Shown one piece after another: positions 12,098 through 21,987 of a stretch of DNA of 64,000 bases. The notes under the pieces are model-generated. The model saw nothing but the letters and a program-made list of their open reading frames with translations. It did no database searches and was not told the DNA's origin. The DNA is from Escherichia coli. GTDB lineage: Bacteria > Pseudomonadota > Gammaproteobacteria > Enterobacterales > Enterobacteriaceae. The number at the start of each line of letters is the position of its first letter. The first letter of the stretch is position 1. Both the position numbers and the translations under genes were made by a program. Location: assembly GCF_036507355.1 (NCBI RefSeq), contig NZ_AP027877.1. One strand, written 5' to 3'.

Positions 12098-12640
12098 ATG
12101 AAACGTTCAATTATTGCTGTCGCTGTCTTTTCTTCTTTTTTTATGAGCGCTGGAGTATTTGCTGCAGACGTTGATACCGGAACATTAACTATTAAAGGGA
12201 ATATTGCAGAATCTCCGTGTAAATTCGAAGCGGGTGGTGATTCAGTAAGTATTAATATGCCGACTGTACCAACCACTGTCTTTGAAGGTAAAGCTAAATA
12301 TTCTACCTATGATGATGCAGTCGGTGTAACCAGCAGCATGTTAAAAATTAGCTGCCCGAAAGAAGTTGCTGGTGTAAAACTCTCGTTGATTACCAACGAT
12401 AAAATAACTGGCAACGATAAGGCGATAGCCAGTAGCAACAATACCGTGGGTTACTATCTCTATTTAGGTGATAACAGCGAAGTCCTGGATGTTTCTGCAC
12501 CTTTTAATATTGAGAGTTATAAAACAGCGGAAGGTCAATATGCTATTCCGTTTAAAGCAAAATACCTGAAACTGACAGATAACTCAGTGCAATCAGGTGA
12601 TGTGTTATCTTCTCTGGTTATGCGTGTGGCGCAGGATTAA
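12098..12640 (+). CDS. yehD: Fimbrial major subunit (chaperone-usher family)
   Basis: 180 aa with signal peptide MKRSIIAVAVFSSFFMSAGVFA and fimbrial-subunit character; AT-rich upstream region. Confidence 0.85.
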   Translation: MKRSIIAVAVFSSFFMSAGVFAADVDTGTLTIKGNIAESPCKFEAGGDSVSINMPTVPTTVFEGKAKYSTYDDAVGVTSSMLKISCPKEVAGVKLSLITNDKITGNDKAIASSNNTVGYYLYLGDNSEVLDVSAPFNIESYKTAEGQYAIPFKAKYLKLTDNSVQSGDVLSSLVMRVAQD

Positions 12641-12676
12641 TAAATAAAATTGCAAGTTTCTCCAGGTAATAAACAT

Positions 12677-12702
12677 GGCCGCTATCCCCATGGCGGCTTT
12701 TT
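12677..12702 (+). terminator. Weak intra-operon hairpin plus T-run between yehD and yehC (possible attenuator)
   Basis: GCCGC-loop-GCGGC followed by TTTTT, between the major subunit and chaperone genes. Confidence 0.3.
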
Positions 12703-12720
12703 AATTTAAGAGGCATTAAG

Positions 12721-13395
12721 ATGAAAGGATTATTATCTTTACTCATTTTTTCTATGGTCCTTCCTGCACATGCCGGAATTGTTATCTACGGGACGCGCAT
12801 TATTTACCCGGCAGAAAATAAAGAAGTTATGGTGCAGTTGATGAACCAGGGAAACCGTTCTTCGCTGCTGCAGGCGTGGATTGATGATGGCGATACGTCG
12901 TTACCACCAGAAAAAATTCAGGTTCCTTTCATGTTAACGTCACCAGTGGCAAAAATAGGGGCAAACTCCGGGCAGCAAGTAAAAATCAAAATTATGCCGA
13001 ATAAACTGCCCACTAATAAAGAAAGCATTTTTTATCTGAATGTTCTAGATATTCCACCAAATAGTCCAGAACAAGAAGGTAAGAATGCACTGAAGTTTGC
13101 GATGCAAAACAGAATCAAATTGTTTTACCGCCCGGCGGGTATTGCTCCGGTAAATAAAGTGACCTTTAAAAAGTTACTGGTAAATCGCAGTGGCAATGGA
13201 TTGGTGATAAAAAATGACTCAGCTAATTGGGTGACGATTTCGGATGTCAAAGCTAATAATGTTAAAGTCAATTATGAAACTATTATGATTGCCCCCTTAG
13301 AAAGTCAGAGTGTTAATGTCAAAAGTAATAATGCAAATAACTGGTATCTGACCATTATCGATGACCACGGCAACTATATTAGTGACAAAATTTAA
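12721..13395 (+). CDS. yehC: Periplasmic fimbrial chaperone (PapD-like)
   Basis: 224 aa with signal peptide; chaperone-like N-terminal region (GIVIYGTRIIYP). Confidence 0.85.
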   Translation: MKGLLSLLIFSMVLPAHAGIVIYGTRIIYPAENKEVMVQLMNQGNRSSLLQAWIDDGDTSLPPEKIQVPFMLTSPVAKIGANSGQQVKIKIMPNKLPTNKESIFYLNVLDIPPNSPEQEGKNALKFAMQNRIKLFYRPAGIAPVNKVTFKKLLVNRSGNGLVIKNDSANWVTISDVKANNVKVNYETIMIAPLESQSVNVKSNNANNWYLTIIDDHGNYISDKI

Positions 13396-15891
13396 TTGCA
13401 GGAGCTGCCTATGTTGAGAATGACCCCACTTGCATCAGCAATCGTAGCGTTATTGCTCGGCATTGAAGCTAATGCAGCTGAAGAAACCTTTGATACCCAT
13501 TTTATGATAGGTGGAATGAAAGACCAGCAGGTTGCAAATATTCGTCTTGATGATAATCAACCCTTACCGGGGCAGTATGACATCGATATTTATGTCAATA
13601 AGCAATGGCGCGGGAAATATGAGATCATTGTTAAAGACAACCCGCAAGAAACTTGTTTATCAAGGGAAATTATCAAGCGGTTAGGCATTAACACCGATAA
13701 CTTCGCCAGTGGAAAGCAATGTTTAACATTTGAGCAACTTGTTCAGGGTGGGAGCTATACCTGGGATATCGGGGTTTTTCGTCTCGATTTCAGTGTCCCG
13801 CAGGCCTGGGTGGAAGAACTGGAAAGTGGCTATGTTCCACCGGAAAACTGGGAGCGGGGTATTAATGCGTTTTATACCTCTTATTATGTGAGTCAGTATT
13901 ACAGTGACTATAGAGCGTCGGGTAATAGTAAGAGTACATATGTACGTTTTAACAGCGGGTTAAATTTACTGGGGTGGCAACTGCATTCTGATGCCAGTTT
14001 CAGTAAAACAAATAACAATCCAGGGGTGTGGAAAAGCAATACCCTGTATCTGGAACGTGGATTTGCCCAACTTCTCGGCACGCTTCGCGTGGGTGATATG
14101 TGCACATCAAGCGATATTTTTGATTCTGTTCGCTTCAGAGGTGTGCGGTTGTTTCGTGATATGCAGATGTTGCCTAACTCGAAACAAAATTTTACGCCAC
14201 GGGTGCAGGGGATTGCTCAGAGTAACGCGCTGGTAACTATTGAACAGAATGGTTTTGTGGTTTATCAGAAAGAGGTTCCTCCTGGCCCGTTTGCAATTAC
14301 AGATTTGCAGTTGGCTGGTGGTGGAGCAGATCTTGATGTCAGCGTGAAAGAGGCGGACGGTTCGGTAACCACCTATCTGGTGCCTTATGCAGCCGTGCCA
14401 AATATGCTGCAACCCGGCGTGTCGAAATATGATTTTGCGGCGGGTCGTAGCCATATTGAAGGGGCGAGCAAACAAAGTGATTTTGTCCAGGCGGGTTATC
14501 AGTATGGTTTTAATAACTTATTGACGCTGTATGGTGGCTCGATGGTCGCGAATAATTATTACGCGTTCACTTTGGGGACTGGCTGGAATACACGCATTGG
14601 TGCCATTTCCGTCGATGCCACGAAGTCGCATAGTAAACAAGACAACGGCGATGTGTTTGACGGGCAAAGTTATCAAATTGCCTACAACAAATTTGTGAGC
14701 CAAACGTCGACGCGTTTTGGTCTGGCGGCCTGGCGTTATTCGTCGCGTGACTACCGGACATTTAACGATCACGTTTGGGCAAACAATAAAGATAATTATC
14801 GCCGTGATGAAAACGATGTCTATGACATTGCCGATTATTACCAGAATGATTTTGGTCGCAAAAATAGCTTTTCCGCCAATATGAGCCAGTCATTGCCAGA
14901 AGGTTGGGGTTCTGTGTCATTAAGTACGTTATGGCGAGATTACTGGGGGCGTAGCGGCAGTAGTAAGGATTATCAGTTGAGTTATTCCAACAACCTGCGA
15001 CGGATAAGCTATACCCTCGCGGCAAGCCAGGCTTATGACGCGAATCATCATGAAGAGAAACGTTTTAATATTTTTATATCGATTCCCTTTGATTGGGGTG
15101 ATGACGTTTCGACGCCTCGTCGGCAAATATATATGTCTAACTCAACGACGTTTGATGATCAGGGGTTTGCCTCAAATAATACGGGATTATCAGGAACAGT
15201 AGGGAGTCGGGATCAGTTCAATTATGGTGTCAACCTGAGTCATCAACATCAGGGAAATGAAACGACAGCTGGAGCGAATTTAACCTGGAACGCGCCGGTG
15301 GCAACAGTGAATGGCAGTTATAGTCAGTCGAGTACTTATCGACAGGCTGGAGCCAGTGTTTCAGGGGGCATTGTCGCCTGGTCGGGTGGCGTTAATCTGG
15401 CGAACCGTCTTTCCGAAACGTTTGCTGTGATGAATGCGCCAGGAATTAAAGATGCTTATGTCAATGGGCAAAAATATCGCACAACAAACCGTAATGGAGT
15501 GGTGGTATACGACGGAATGACACCTTATCGGGAAAATCACCTGATGCTGGATGTGTCGCAAAGCGATAGCGAAGCAGAATTGCGCGGTAACCGGAGAATT
15601 GCCGCACCTTATCGCGGCGCGGTTGTACTGGTTAATTTTGATACCGATCAGCGCAAGCCCTGGTTTATAAAAGCGTTAAGAGCGGATGGGCAACCATTAA
15701 CGTTTGGTTATGAAGTCAATGATATCCACGGTCATAATATTGGCGTTGTCGGCCAGGGAAGTCAGTTATTTATTCGCACCAATGAAGTACCGCCATCGGT
15801 TAATGTAGCAATTAATAAGCAACAAGGACTTTCATGCACAATCACCTTCGGTAAAGAGATTGATGAAAGTAGAAATTATATTTGCCAGTAA
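13396..15891 (+). CDS. yehB: Outer-membrane fimbrial usher
   Basis: 831-aa ORF with usher-like length and composition. The true start may be the MLRMTPLASA Met at 13411. Confidence 0.9.
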   Translation: MQELPMLRMTPLASAIVALLLGIEANAAEETFDTHFMIGGMKDQQVANIRLDDNQPLPGQYDIDIYVNKQWRGKYEIIVKDNPQETCLSREIIKRLGINTDNFASGKQCLTFEQLVQGGSYTWDIGVFRLDFSVPQAWVEELESGYVPPENWERGINAFYTSYYVSQYYSDYRASGNSKSTYVRFNSGLNLLGWQLHSDASFSKTNNNPGVWKSNTLYLERGFAQLLGTLRVGDMCTSSDIFDSVRFRGVRLFRDMQMLPNSKQNFTPRVQGIAQSNALVTIEQNGFVVYQKEVPPGPFAITDLQLAGGGADLDVSVKEADGSVTTYLVPYAAVPNMLQPGVSKYDFAAGRSHIEGASKQSDFVQAGYQYGFNNLLTLYGGSMVANNYYAFTLGTGWNTRIGAISVDATKSHSKQDNGDVFDGQSYQIAYNKFVSQTSTRFGLAAWRYSSRDYRTFNDHVWANNKDNYRRDENDVYDIADYYQNDFGRKNSFSANMSQSLPEGWGSVSLSTLWRDYWGRSGSSKDYQLSYSNNLRRISYTLAASQAYDANHHEEKRFNIFISIPFDWGDDVSTPRRQIYMSNSTTFDDQGFASNNTGLSGTVGSRDQFNYGVNLSHQHQGNETTAGANLTWNAPVATVNGSYSQSSTYRQAGASVSGGIVAWSGGVNLANRLSETFAVMNAPGIKDAYVNGQKYRTTNRNGVVVYDGMTPYRENHLMLDVSQSDSEAELRGNRRIAAPYRGAVVLVNFDTDQRKPWFIKALRADGQPLTFGYEVNDIHGHNIGVVGQGSQLFIRTNEVPPSVNVAINKQQGLSCTITFGKEIDESRNYICQ

Positions 15892-15906
15892 TAGTCAGGT
15901 GGTTCT

Positions 15907-16941
15907 ATGAAAATTCGCATAATGCTATTTATATTAATGATGATGGTTATGCCTGTGAGCTATGCGGCATGTTATAGTGAGTTATCTGTTCAGCACAACT
16001 TGGTTGTTCAGGGGGATTTTGCACTTACTCAAACACAAATGGCGACATATGAGCATAATTTTAATGATTCGTCATGCGTGAGTACAAATACTATCACCCC
16101 TATGAGCCCGTCGGATATTATTGTTGGACTTTATAACGATACTATTAAATTAAATTTACATTTTGAATGGACCAATAAAAATAACATCACGTTGTCAAAT
16201 AATCAGACCAGTTTCACCAGTGGTTATTCGGTAACGGTGACACCTGCGGCCAGTAATGCAAAAGTGAATGTTTCTGCGGGGGGCGGCGGTTCAGTGATGA
16301 TTAATGGTGTTGCGACATTATCCAGTGCTTCATCATCGACACGCGGGAGTGCCGCAGTACAATTTCTACTGTGTTTATTAGGTGGCAAGTCATGGGATGC
16401 ATGTGTAAATAGCTACAGAAATGCATTGGCACAAAATGCAGGTGTCTATTCCTTTAATCTGACATTGTCATACAACCCGATAACCACAACCTGCAAACCG
16501 GACGATTTATTAATTACTTTAGACAGTATTCCCGTTTCACAATTACCAGCCACAGGTAACAAAGCAACAATAAATAGTAAAAAAGAGGATATTATTCTGC
16601 GTTGTAAAAATTTATTAGGTCAACAAAATCAAACATCACGGAAAATGCAGGTGTATTTATCAAGTACTGACTTGTTAACCAACAGCAACACAATACTGAA
16701 AGGTGCGGAAGATAATGGCGTAGGATTTATTCTTGAAAGTAATGGTTCGCCAGTCACACTTTTAAATATCACTAACAGCAGTAAAGGATACACAAATTTA
16801 AAAGAAATTGCGGCAAAGTCAAAACTTACAGATACAACGGTTTCAATTCCGATAACAGCCAGTTACTACGTCTACGATACAAACAAAGTTAAATCTGGCG
16901 CACTGGAGGCAACCGCATTAATCAACGTGAAATACGACTAA
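15907..16941 (+). CDS. yehA: Fimbrial adhesin-like protein
   Basis: 344 aa with signal peptide; last gene of the yehDCBA chaperone-usher cluster. Confidence 0.85.
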   Translation: MKIRIMLFILMMMVMPVSYAACYSELSVQHNLVVQGDFALTQTQMATYEHNFNDSSCVSTNTITPMSPSDIIVGLYNDTIKLNLHFEWTNKNNITLSNNQTSFTSGYSVTVTPAASNAKVNVSAGGGGSVMINGVATLSSASSSTRGSAAVQFLLCLLGGKSWDACVNSYRNALAQNAGVYSFNLTLSYNPITTTCKPDDLLITLDSIPVSQLPATGNKATINSKKEDIILRCKNLLGQQNQTSRKMQVYLSSTDLLTNSNTILKGAEDNGVGFILESNGSPVTLLNITNSSKGYTNLKEIAAKSKLTDTTVSIPITASYYVYDTNKVKSGALEATALINVKYD

Positions 16942-16996
16942 TAACAAGCAAGACGAGCAAGTGGCTAATAATAAAAAATAACAAGGTGTCTGCATT

Positions 16997-17024
16997 TCCC
17001 CCTCATGATGAGGGGGCTTTTTTT
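16997..17024 (+). terminator. Rho-independent terminator after yehA
   Basis: Hairpin CCCCCTCATGATGAGGGGG followed by CTTTTTTT. Confidence 0.7.
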
Positions 17025-17361
17025 AGCGATGATAAAAAATCTCACCGTCGTAGGCTTTAATGATTTTTCCGTCGGTATTATTGATCAGCACATATGCACC
17101 GCCCATATAGGTCCAGTGGGTTCCGGCGTCAGGTGCGGGCAGGTTACGCAACTGCCACTGCTTAATGTTGTACTCATCGGTACGGTACATCTCTGGTACG
17201 GTGTCACCTGGTTTGAAATGCTTGAAGTCAGCAATGAAGCTGCTTAACTCATACTTTGAAATTCCCGAGGCATTGGTCGAACCCGCGGTGGCTGGTGCGG
17301 CCCATGCTGCGCTGGTTACCAGCAAAAGCGCACCCAGCAACATCTTATTTTTTATGGTCAT
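17023..17361 (-). CDS. rcnB: Periplasmic Ni/Co homeostasis protein RcnB
   Basis: 112 aa from MTIKNKMLLGALLLVTSAAWAAP (signal peptide). The ORF-track frame extends further upstream, but this Met is the start consistent with the signal peptide. Confidence 0.85.
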   Translation of the reverse strand: MTIKNKMLLGALLLVTSAAWAAPATAGSTNASGISKYELSSFIADFKHFKPGDTVPEMYRTDEYNIKQWQLRNLPAPDAGTHWTYMGGAYVLINNTDGKIIKAYDGEIFYHR

Positions 17362-17622
17362 ATACTCTCCACTTTGGGGATCAGTAAAATCAGTCGTATA
17401 TCTTTCCCGCCATACAATATAACCGACAAGAGATATTTTGTTAGTGATCCCGTGATTTCGTAAAAAGTGTAAATGAAAGGATGTAGCAAAAGCATCCTCA
17501 TTGAGCGAGAAGTGAGCGGAATAAGCTGATTTAAGAATCATCCTGGGCTAAAAGGATAGCGAAGCCCGGTGATGCTGCCAACTTACTGATTTAGTGTATG
17601 ATGGTGTTTTTGAGGTGCTCCA

Positions 17623-17898
17623 GTGGCTTCTGTTTCTATCAGCTGTCCCTCCTGTTCAGCTACTGACGGGGTGGTGCGTAACGGCAAAAGCACCGCCGGA
17701 CATCAGCGCTATCTCTGCTCTCACTGCCGTAAAACATGGCAACTGCAGTTCACTTACACCGCTTCTCAACCCGGTACGCACCAGAAAATCATTGATATGG
17801 CCATGAATGGCGTTGGATGCCGGGCAACAGCCCGCATTATGGGCGTTGGCCTCAACACGATTTTACGTCACTTAAAAAACTCAGGCCGCAGTCGGTAA
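17623..17898 (+). CDS. insA: IS1 InsA
   Basis: Identical 91-aa InsA. Confidence 0.9.
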
Positions 17899-18320
17899 CC
17901 TCGCGCATACAGCCGGGCAGTGACGTCATCGTCTGCGCGGAAATGGACGAACAGTGGGGCTATGTCGGGGCTAAATCGCGCCAGCGCTGGCTGTTTTACG
18001 CGTATGACAGGCTCCGGAAGACGGTTGTTGCGCACGTATTCGGTGAACGCACGATGGCGACGCTGGGGCGTCTTATGAGCCTGCTGTCACCCTTTGACGT
18101 GGTGATATGGATGACGGATGGCTGGCCGCTGTATGAATCCCGCCTGAAGGGAAAGCTGCACGTAATCAGCAAGCGATATACGCAGCGAATTGAGCGGCAT
18201 AACCTGAATCTGAGGCAGCACCTGGCACGGCTGGGACGGAAGTCGCTGTCGTTCTCAAAATCGGTGGAGCTGCATGACAAAGTCATCGGGCATTATCTGA
18301 ACATAAAACACTATCAATAA
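17817..18320 (+). CDS. insB: IS1 InsB
   Basis: Identical 167-aa InsB. Confidence 0.9.
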
Positions 18321-18355
18321 GTTGGAGTCATTACCGCGAAGCCCAGGTGATTGTT

Positions 18356-19189
18356 TTATCTCATAATACCCATAAAGCCATGCACTCCCATATACACCCC
18401 GACTAAACCAATTAACAGACTGGAAAAATAGGGGGCGCGTTTAGCGAGAGTGTTAAATCCGCTCCAGCGTTTTGCAACTTGTTGAACACTGATTGCCGCT
18501 CCAACGCCTACTGTAACCAGCGTTAATGCCAGGCCGATGCTGAAACTGACGACCAGTGTTGCGCCCAGTGTCAGGGCTTTCAACTGAATGCAAATCAATA
18601 GCACGGTAATTGCTGCCGGGCAGGGAATAAGGCCACCTGTTAAGCCAAATAACAAAATTTGCCAGTTGGTGACCTCTCTACCATCAAAGCGTCGTTTAAT
18701 GTCATTGGCATGGGCTCGTGCATGGGCATCCTGATACTCTTCGTTGTCGCCATGTTCATGATGGTGATGATGTTCGTGGTCGTGGTCTTGATGATGTTCG
18801 TGATCGTGATGATGGTGATCATGCCCGTACATATTCTCCAGCCAGTTGCGTTCGCCGCGCCAGGTACGCCAGAACATCCAGAAAGCGGTGCTAATAATGA
18901 TCACTGCGGAAATCAACTGGAGCCACGGTTCTGCTGATTGAGCAGTAAAGCGCTTGCTGATCACCATCCCGCCAAAGGCAATCAACCAGACCACTGCGGT
19001 ATGCGAAATGGTTGCTGCCAGTCCGAGCATCACCGCCTGTTTAATGGTGCCTTTGATGGCGATGATAAACGCCGCCATCATCGTTTTTGAGTGCCCTGGT
19101 TCCAGGCCATGAAGCGCACCAAGTAAGATGGCGCTGGGGATGAAGAACCAGGCGTTTCCTTGCTGAAGAAGAGTTGTAAATTCGATCAT
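18356..19189 (-). CDS. rcnA: Nickel/cobalt efflux transporter RcnA
   Basis: 277 aa, multi-pass membrane protein with His-rich loop (HDHHHHDHEHHQDHDHEHHHHHEHGD). Confidence 0.95.
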   Translation of the reverse strand: MIEFTTLLQQGNAWFFIPSAILLGALHGLEPGHSKTMMAAFIIAIKGTIKQAVMLGLAATISHTAVVWLIAFGGMVISKRFTAQSAEPWLQLISAVIIISTAFWMFWRTWRGERNWLENMYGHDHHHHDHEHHQDHDHEHHHHHEHGDNEEYQDAHARAHANDIKRRFDGREVTNWQILLFGLTGGLIPCPAAITVLLICIQLKALTLGATLVVSFSIGLALTLVTVGVGAAISVQQVAKRWSGFNTLAKRAPYFSSLLIGLVGVYMGVHGFMGIMR

Positions 19190-19220
19190 GATAATAATTC
19201 TTAGTATTAATTCGGCAATC

Positions 19221-19262
19221 TGATTCTACTCCCCCCCAGTACCTGATACTACCCCCCAGTAG
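19221..19262. promoter_or_regulatory. RcnR operator sites in the rcnR-rcnA divergent promoter
   Basis: Two TACT-C7/C6-AGTA elements (TACTCCCCCCCAGTA and TACTACCCCCCAGTA), the G/C-tract inverted-repeat type bound by RcnR. Confidence 0.75.
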
Positions 19263-19309
19263 ATTAATAGTGCTATGATTTTTCATGTTCTTGTTAACCA
19301 GGTGTTGCC

Positions 19310-19582
19310 ATGTCTCATACAATCCGTGATAAACAGAAACTGAAAGCGCGTGCCAGTAAGATTCAGGGCCAGGTCGTGGCGCTCAAGAAAATGCTCGACG
19401 AGCCGCACGAATGCGCTGCAGTTTTACAACAGATTGCTGCTATCCGTGGCGCGGTAAACGGTCTGATGCGGGAAGTGATTAAAGGTCATCTAACGGAACA
19501 TATCGTTCACCAGGGGGATGAGCTAAAACGTGAAGAAGATCTGGATGTTGTTCTGAAGGTGCTGGATTCTTATATCAAATGA
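19310..19582 (+). CDS. rcnR: Ni/Co-responsive repressor RcnR (CsoR/RcnR family)
   Basis: 90-aa [64 protein letters not shown]. Confidence 0.95.
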
Positions 19583-19691
19583 AAGTGCCTAATATGGCCG
19601 TAGTTGAGGCAATAAATAGAGGGACAAGTGACGTTAAGCTGAATTAGAGTAAATGGCGTGAGGACACACGCCATTCGAGGTTATAGTTTGA

Positions 19692-20006
19692 TTAATTTTC
19701 GAAAAATTGCTTCACAGCCCAGCCACCATGACCACCTGGAGTTATGAATGAAACAAAACCTTTGTCATCTACGCTCTGGATTTCTACCGTCATTGATTCA
19801 TCTAACACGCGACATTTATTGGATGTAATGAGACTCAGCATAGCCTGTTGGTCATTGTCCAGGATGTAACTGATCATCTCGTAAAAGTCAGTTAACTTTT
19901 TACAGTTAAATGTACCTTCTTTAAGTGTTGCGCTGTCTCCGTGACTTAGTGCGAATGCATTTGGCATCATTGCCACAAAGATGACGGTAACGAGTAGTTT
20001 TTTCAT
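19692..20006 (-). CDS. Hypothetical small secreted protein (two Cys), accessory
   Basis: 104-aa ORF; N-terminal signal peptide MKKLLVTVIFVAMMPNAFA; I recognise no family. Confidence 0.5.
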   Translation of the reverse strand: MKKLLVTVIFVAMMPNAFALSHGDSATLKEGTFNCKKLTDFYEMISYILDNDQQAMLSLITSNKCRVLDESMTVEIQSVDDKGFVSFITPGGHGGWAVKQFFEN

Positions 20007-20015
20007 TTTAGCCTC

Positions 20016-20363
20016 TTATAATTCAGAACATTCACTGATGTTGTAAGTGCCTTTTCTACCATCATCGTTTACGAGATGTAGCACGAAGATGATGGGATTG
20101 GCATCAATGAAAGATACAGAGACGTTCCCGCTTTCGGTGCTATACATCTTTGCAATCTGTTTTTCACCAATATATGAGAGATCCCAACTCACTCCGTTCA
20201 AGCTAAAATGCATCTGTTTGCCGACAATATCGATGGAGGATTGTGCCGTAACGGTTTTCCCATTGCTGCCAATTTGACCCTGCTGAAGAGCATCACATTT
20301 ATAGGAGCTTGCATAAGTAGATAGAGGTAGTAGCAGAAGTGCAGCAAAAATTTTACTCTTCAT
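20016..20363 (-). CDS. Hypothetical small secreted protein (Cys near both ends of mature chain), accessory
   Basis: 115-aa ORF; signal peptide MKSKIFAALLLLPLSTYA; lies 9 bp upstream of the preceding ORF on the same strand. Confidence 0.5.
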   Translation of the reverse strand: MKSKIFAALLLLPLSTYASSYKCDALQQGQIGSNGKTVTAQSSIDIVGKQMHFSLNGVSWDLSYIGEKQIAKMYSTESGNVSVSFIDANPIIFVLHLVNDDGRKGTYNISECSEL

Positions 20364-21414
20364 ATTTTCCCTTTGCTTGGATTTGAGTTACCTATTTTGG
20401 GGTAGTCATTATAAAACTATTAATTAGTAAAACGAACAAGTTTTCATTTGTTTAGCAATGGTATTGTTTAGGTTTGAAATTATTACGTATTTTCATAGCA
20501 ATAGATTGGATAAACAGCAGTTCAGGGAACAAGTTGCACTATCTACATACTTTTCCGCTTTCCATTGCATGTTAGGTAATAGATAGCCTTTGCCCGTAAG
20601 ACTAAAAATATTAGAAATGACTCATTCGAATACCTTCTATTCACCTTAATATAGGTTTGATTATTGTAATCGTTTAATGTGTCTTATGGATTTTTTCCTA
20701 CTTTTCATTTGCATAATATAGGGGGCACAGCATGCTCTTGAAATTAATTATTAAAATATTTAAATTTTACAGCACACAACTACTTTTCGTTGTCTTATGT
20801 GTTGAACGTACTTCGAGTATAGGTAGGGTTGTATATATATTGCGTGGGTAGAGTTAGAATAGAGGAAGCATCATTTATAGAATATTCAAGAACGTTAGCC
20901 TGTGATCAATAAATAAAAATATCAAATGGTGTTCAAACATATTTTTCTATGAAAAATCCAGCCATCTATGATGAATTTTTAGATCCATTTTAATTAAAGT
21001 ATGATTATGAACCAAGATTTAGCCAAGAATGGTGGTATAGCGCGTATCCAATGACACCGGAAAACGCATCTATGAAGTCCTTATTTATCTCTATAAGAGG
21101 AAATCAACACTAATAAAATGTAGTGATGTAACATATCGAGCAGGTTGCTCTGATGCTGGTCTTCAACTGTGGCTTAAACAGCTATCAAACTTCGGTGTTA
21201 TTGAGATGAAAGAATTATCATTCTCAACTATCAATCTCAAAAAGCTAGAGAAAATAGACCTTAATTATTCCACTCTCTAAATTTATCTATTTATTTAAAG
21301 TAAAAATGAAAATATTATGGTATCAGCCACGTGGTGGTAACTGGTTTTTATGATCATAGGTACATATACAGGGAACCCTGGAAAACGAAAGTAATATATT
21401 GATGATTTCGTTTG

Positions 21415-21654
21415 TTATAACTTCGTGGTATCAAGTCCGGCGGCTTTGAGTCGCTCGGTAAGATTTCTCATTTTGCTGAACTCTGTAGCAAAGCTGGCTT
21501 TAAGTCCTACACCTTCGCAAAACTCTTTTGCCGTGACGTTTTTCAGATGGTCAGCGTATTTGATCATCTGGAGGTGCATTTCCATCGTTTGGCTATTTCG
21601 TGGTGCGCTGCTAATGGCTTGCTTAATGTTCTCGTAGATCTGGGTTTCTGTCAT
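21415..21654 (-). CDS. Hypothetical small protein, possible HTH DNA-binding
   Basis: ORF-track frame 21415..21672; an internal Met (MTETQIYEN...) is preceded by GGTGAG at suitable spacing. The segment AKEFCEGVGLKASFATEFSKM looks helix-turn-helix-like. Sits at the edge of an AT-rich islet. Confidence 0.4.
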   Translation of the reverse strand: MTETQIYENIKQAISSAPRNSQTMEMHLQMIKYADHLKNVTAKEFCEGVGLKASFATEFSKMRNLTERLKAAGLDTTKL

Positions 21655-21852
21655 TTTTATCTCACCTATCAAATTTAGATAAATAATATAAATTAGCTAA
21701 TTAAGATAGTCTACAGTTTTTACCACCTGAATGATGGGTGTGAATTGTTTCTTTTTCATTACTGATATGGGGTACACAGTGAAGACGTAATGAATGGATG
21801 CGAGCTTGCATCTGCAAGTCACTTCCCCTAATCTGGCACAAAATATAGAGAT

Positions 21853-21987
21853 TCAACCAAACGACTCGGGGTGCCCTTCTGCGTGAAGGCTGAGAAATAC
21901 CCGTATCACCTGATCTGGATAATGCCAGCGTAGGGAAGTCACGGACCACCAGGTCATTGCTTCTTCACGTTATGGCAGGAGCAAACT
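21853..21987 (+). promoter_or_regulatory. TPP (THI-box) riboswitch in the thiM leader
   Basis: CTCGGGGTGCCCTTCTGCGTGAAGGCTGAGAAATACCCGTATCACCTGATCTGGATAATGCCAGCGTAGGGAA directly upstream of the thiM start. Confidence 0.9.

Larger units (their letters stand above)
17568..18335 (+). mobile_element. IS1 (768 bp), copy B, between rcnA and rcnB, with 9-bp target-site duplication
   Basis: Ends GGTGATGCTGCCAACTTACTGAT ... GTTGGAGTCATTACC. Identical 9-bp direct repeat GCGAAGCCC at 17559..17567 and 18336..18344. Confidence 0.95.

Noticed and set aside
17023-17541. 172-aa extended RcnB ORF
   Set aside because: Extension upstream of the signal-peptide-bearing start MTIKNKMLL; the 112-aa form is the start consistent with the signal peptide.
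18659-18937. 92-aa plus-strand ORF rich in M/V/F (MFMMVMMFVVVVLMMFVIVMMVIM)
   Set aside because: It is the antisense reading of the His-codon repeats in the rcnA His-rich loop (CAT/CAC read as ATG/GTG); a compositional artefact.
21701-21949. 82-aa minus-strand ORF overlapping the thiM leader
   Set aside because: Overlaps the conserved TPP riboswitch aptamer on the opposite strand; Arg/Ser-rich spurious frame.
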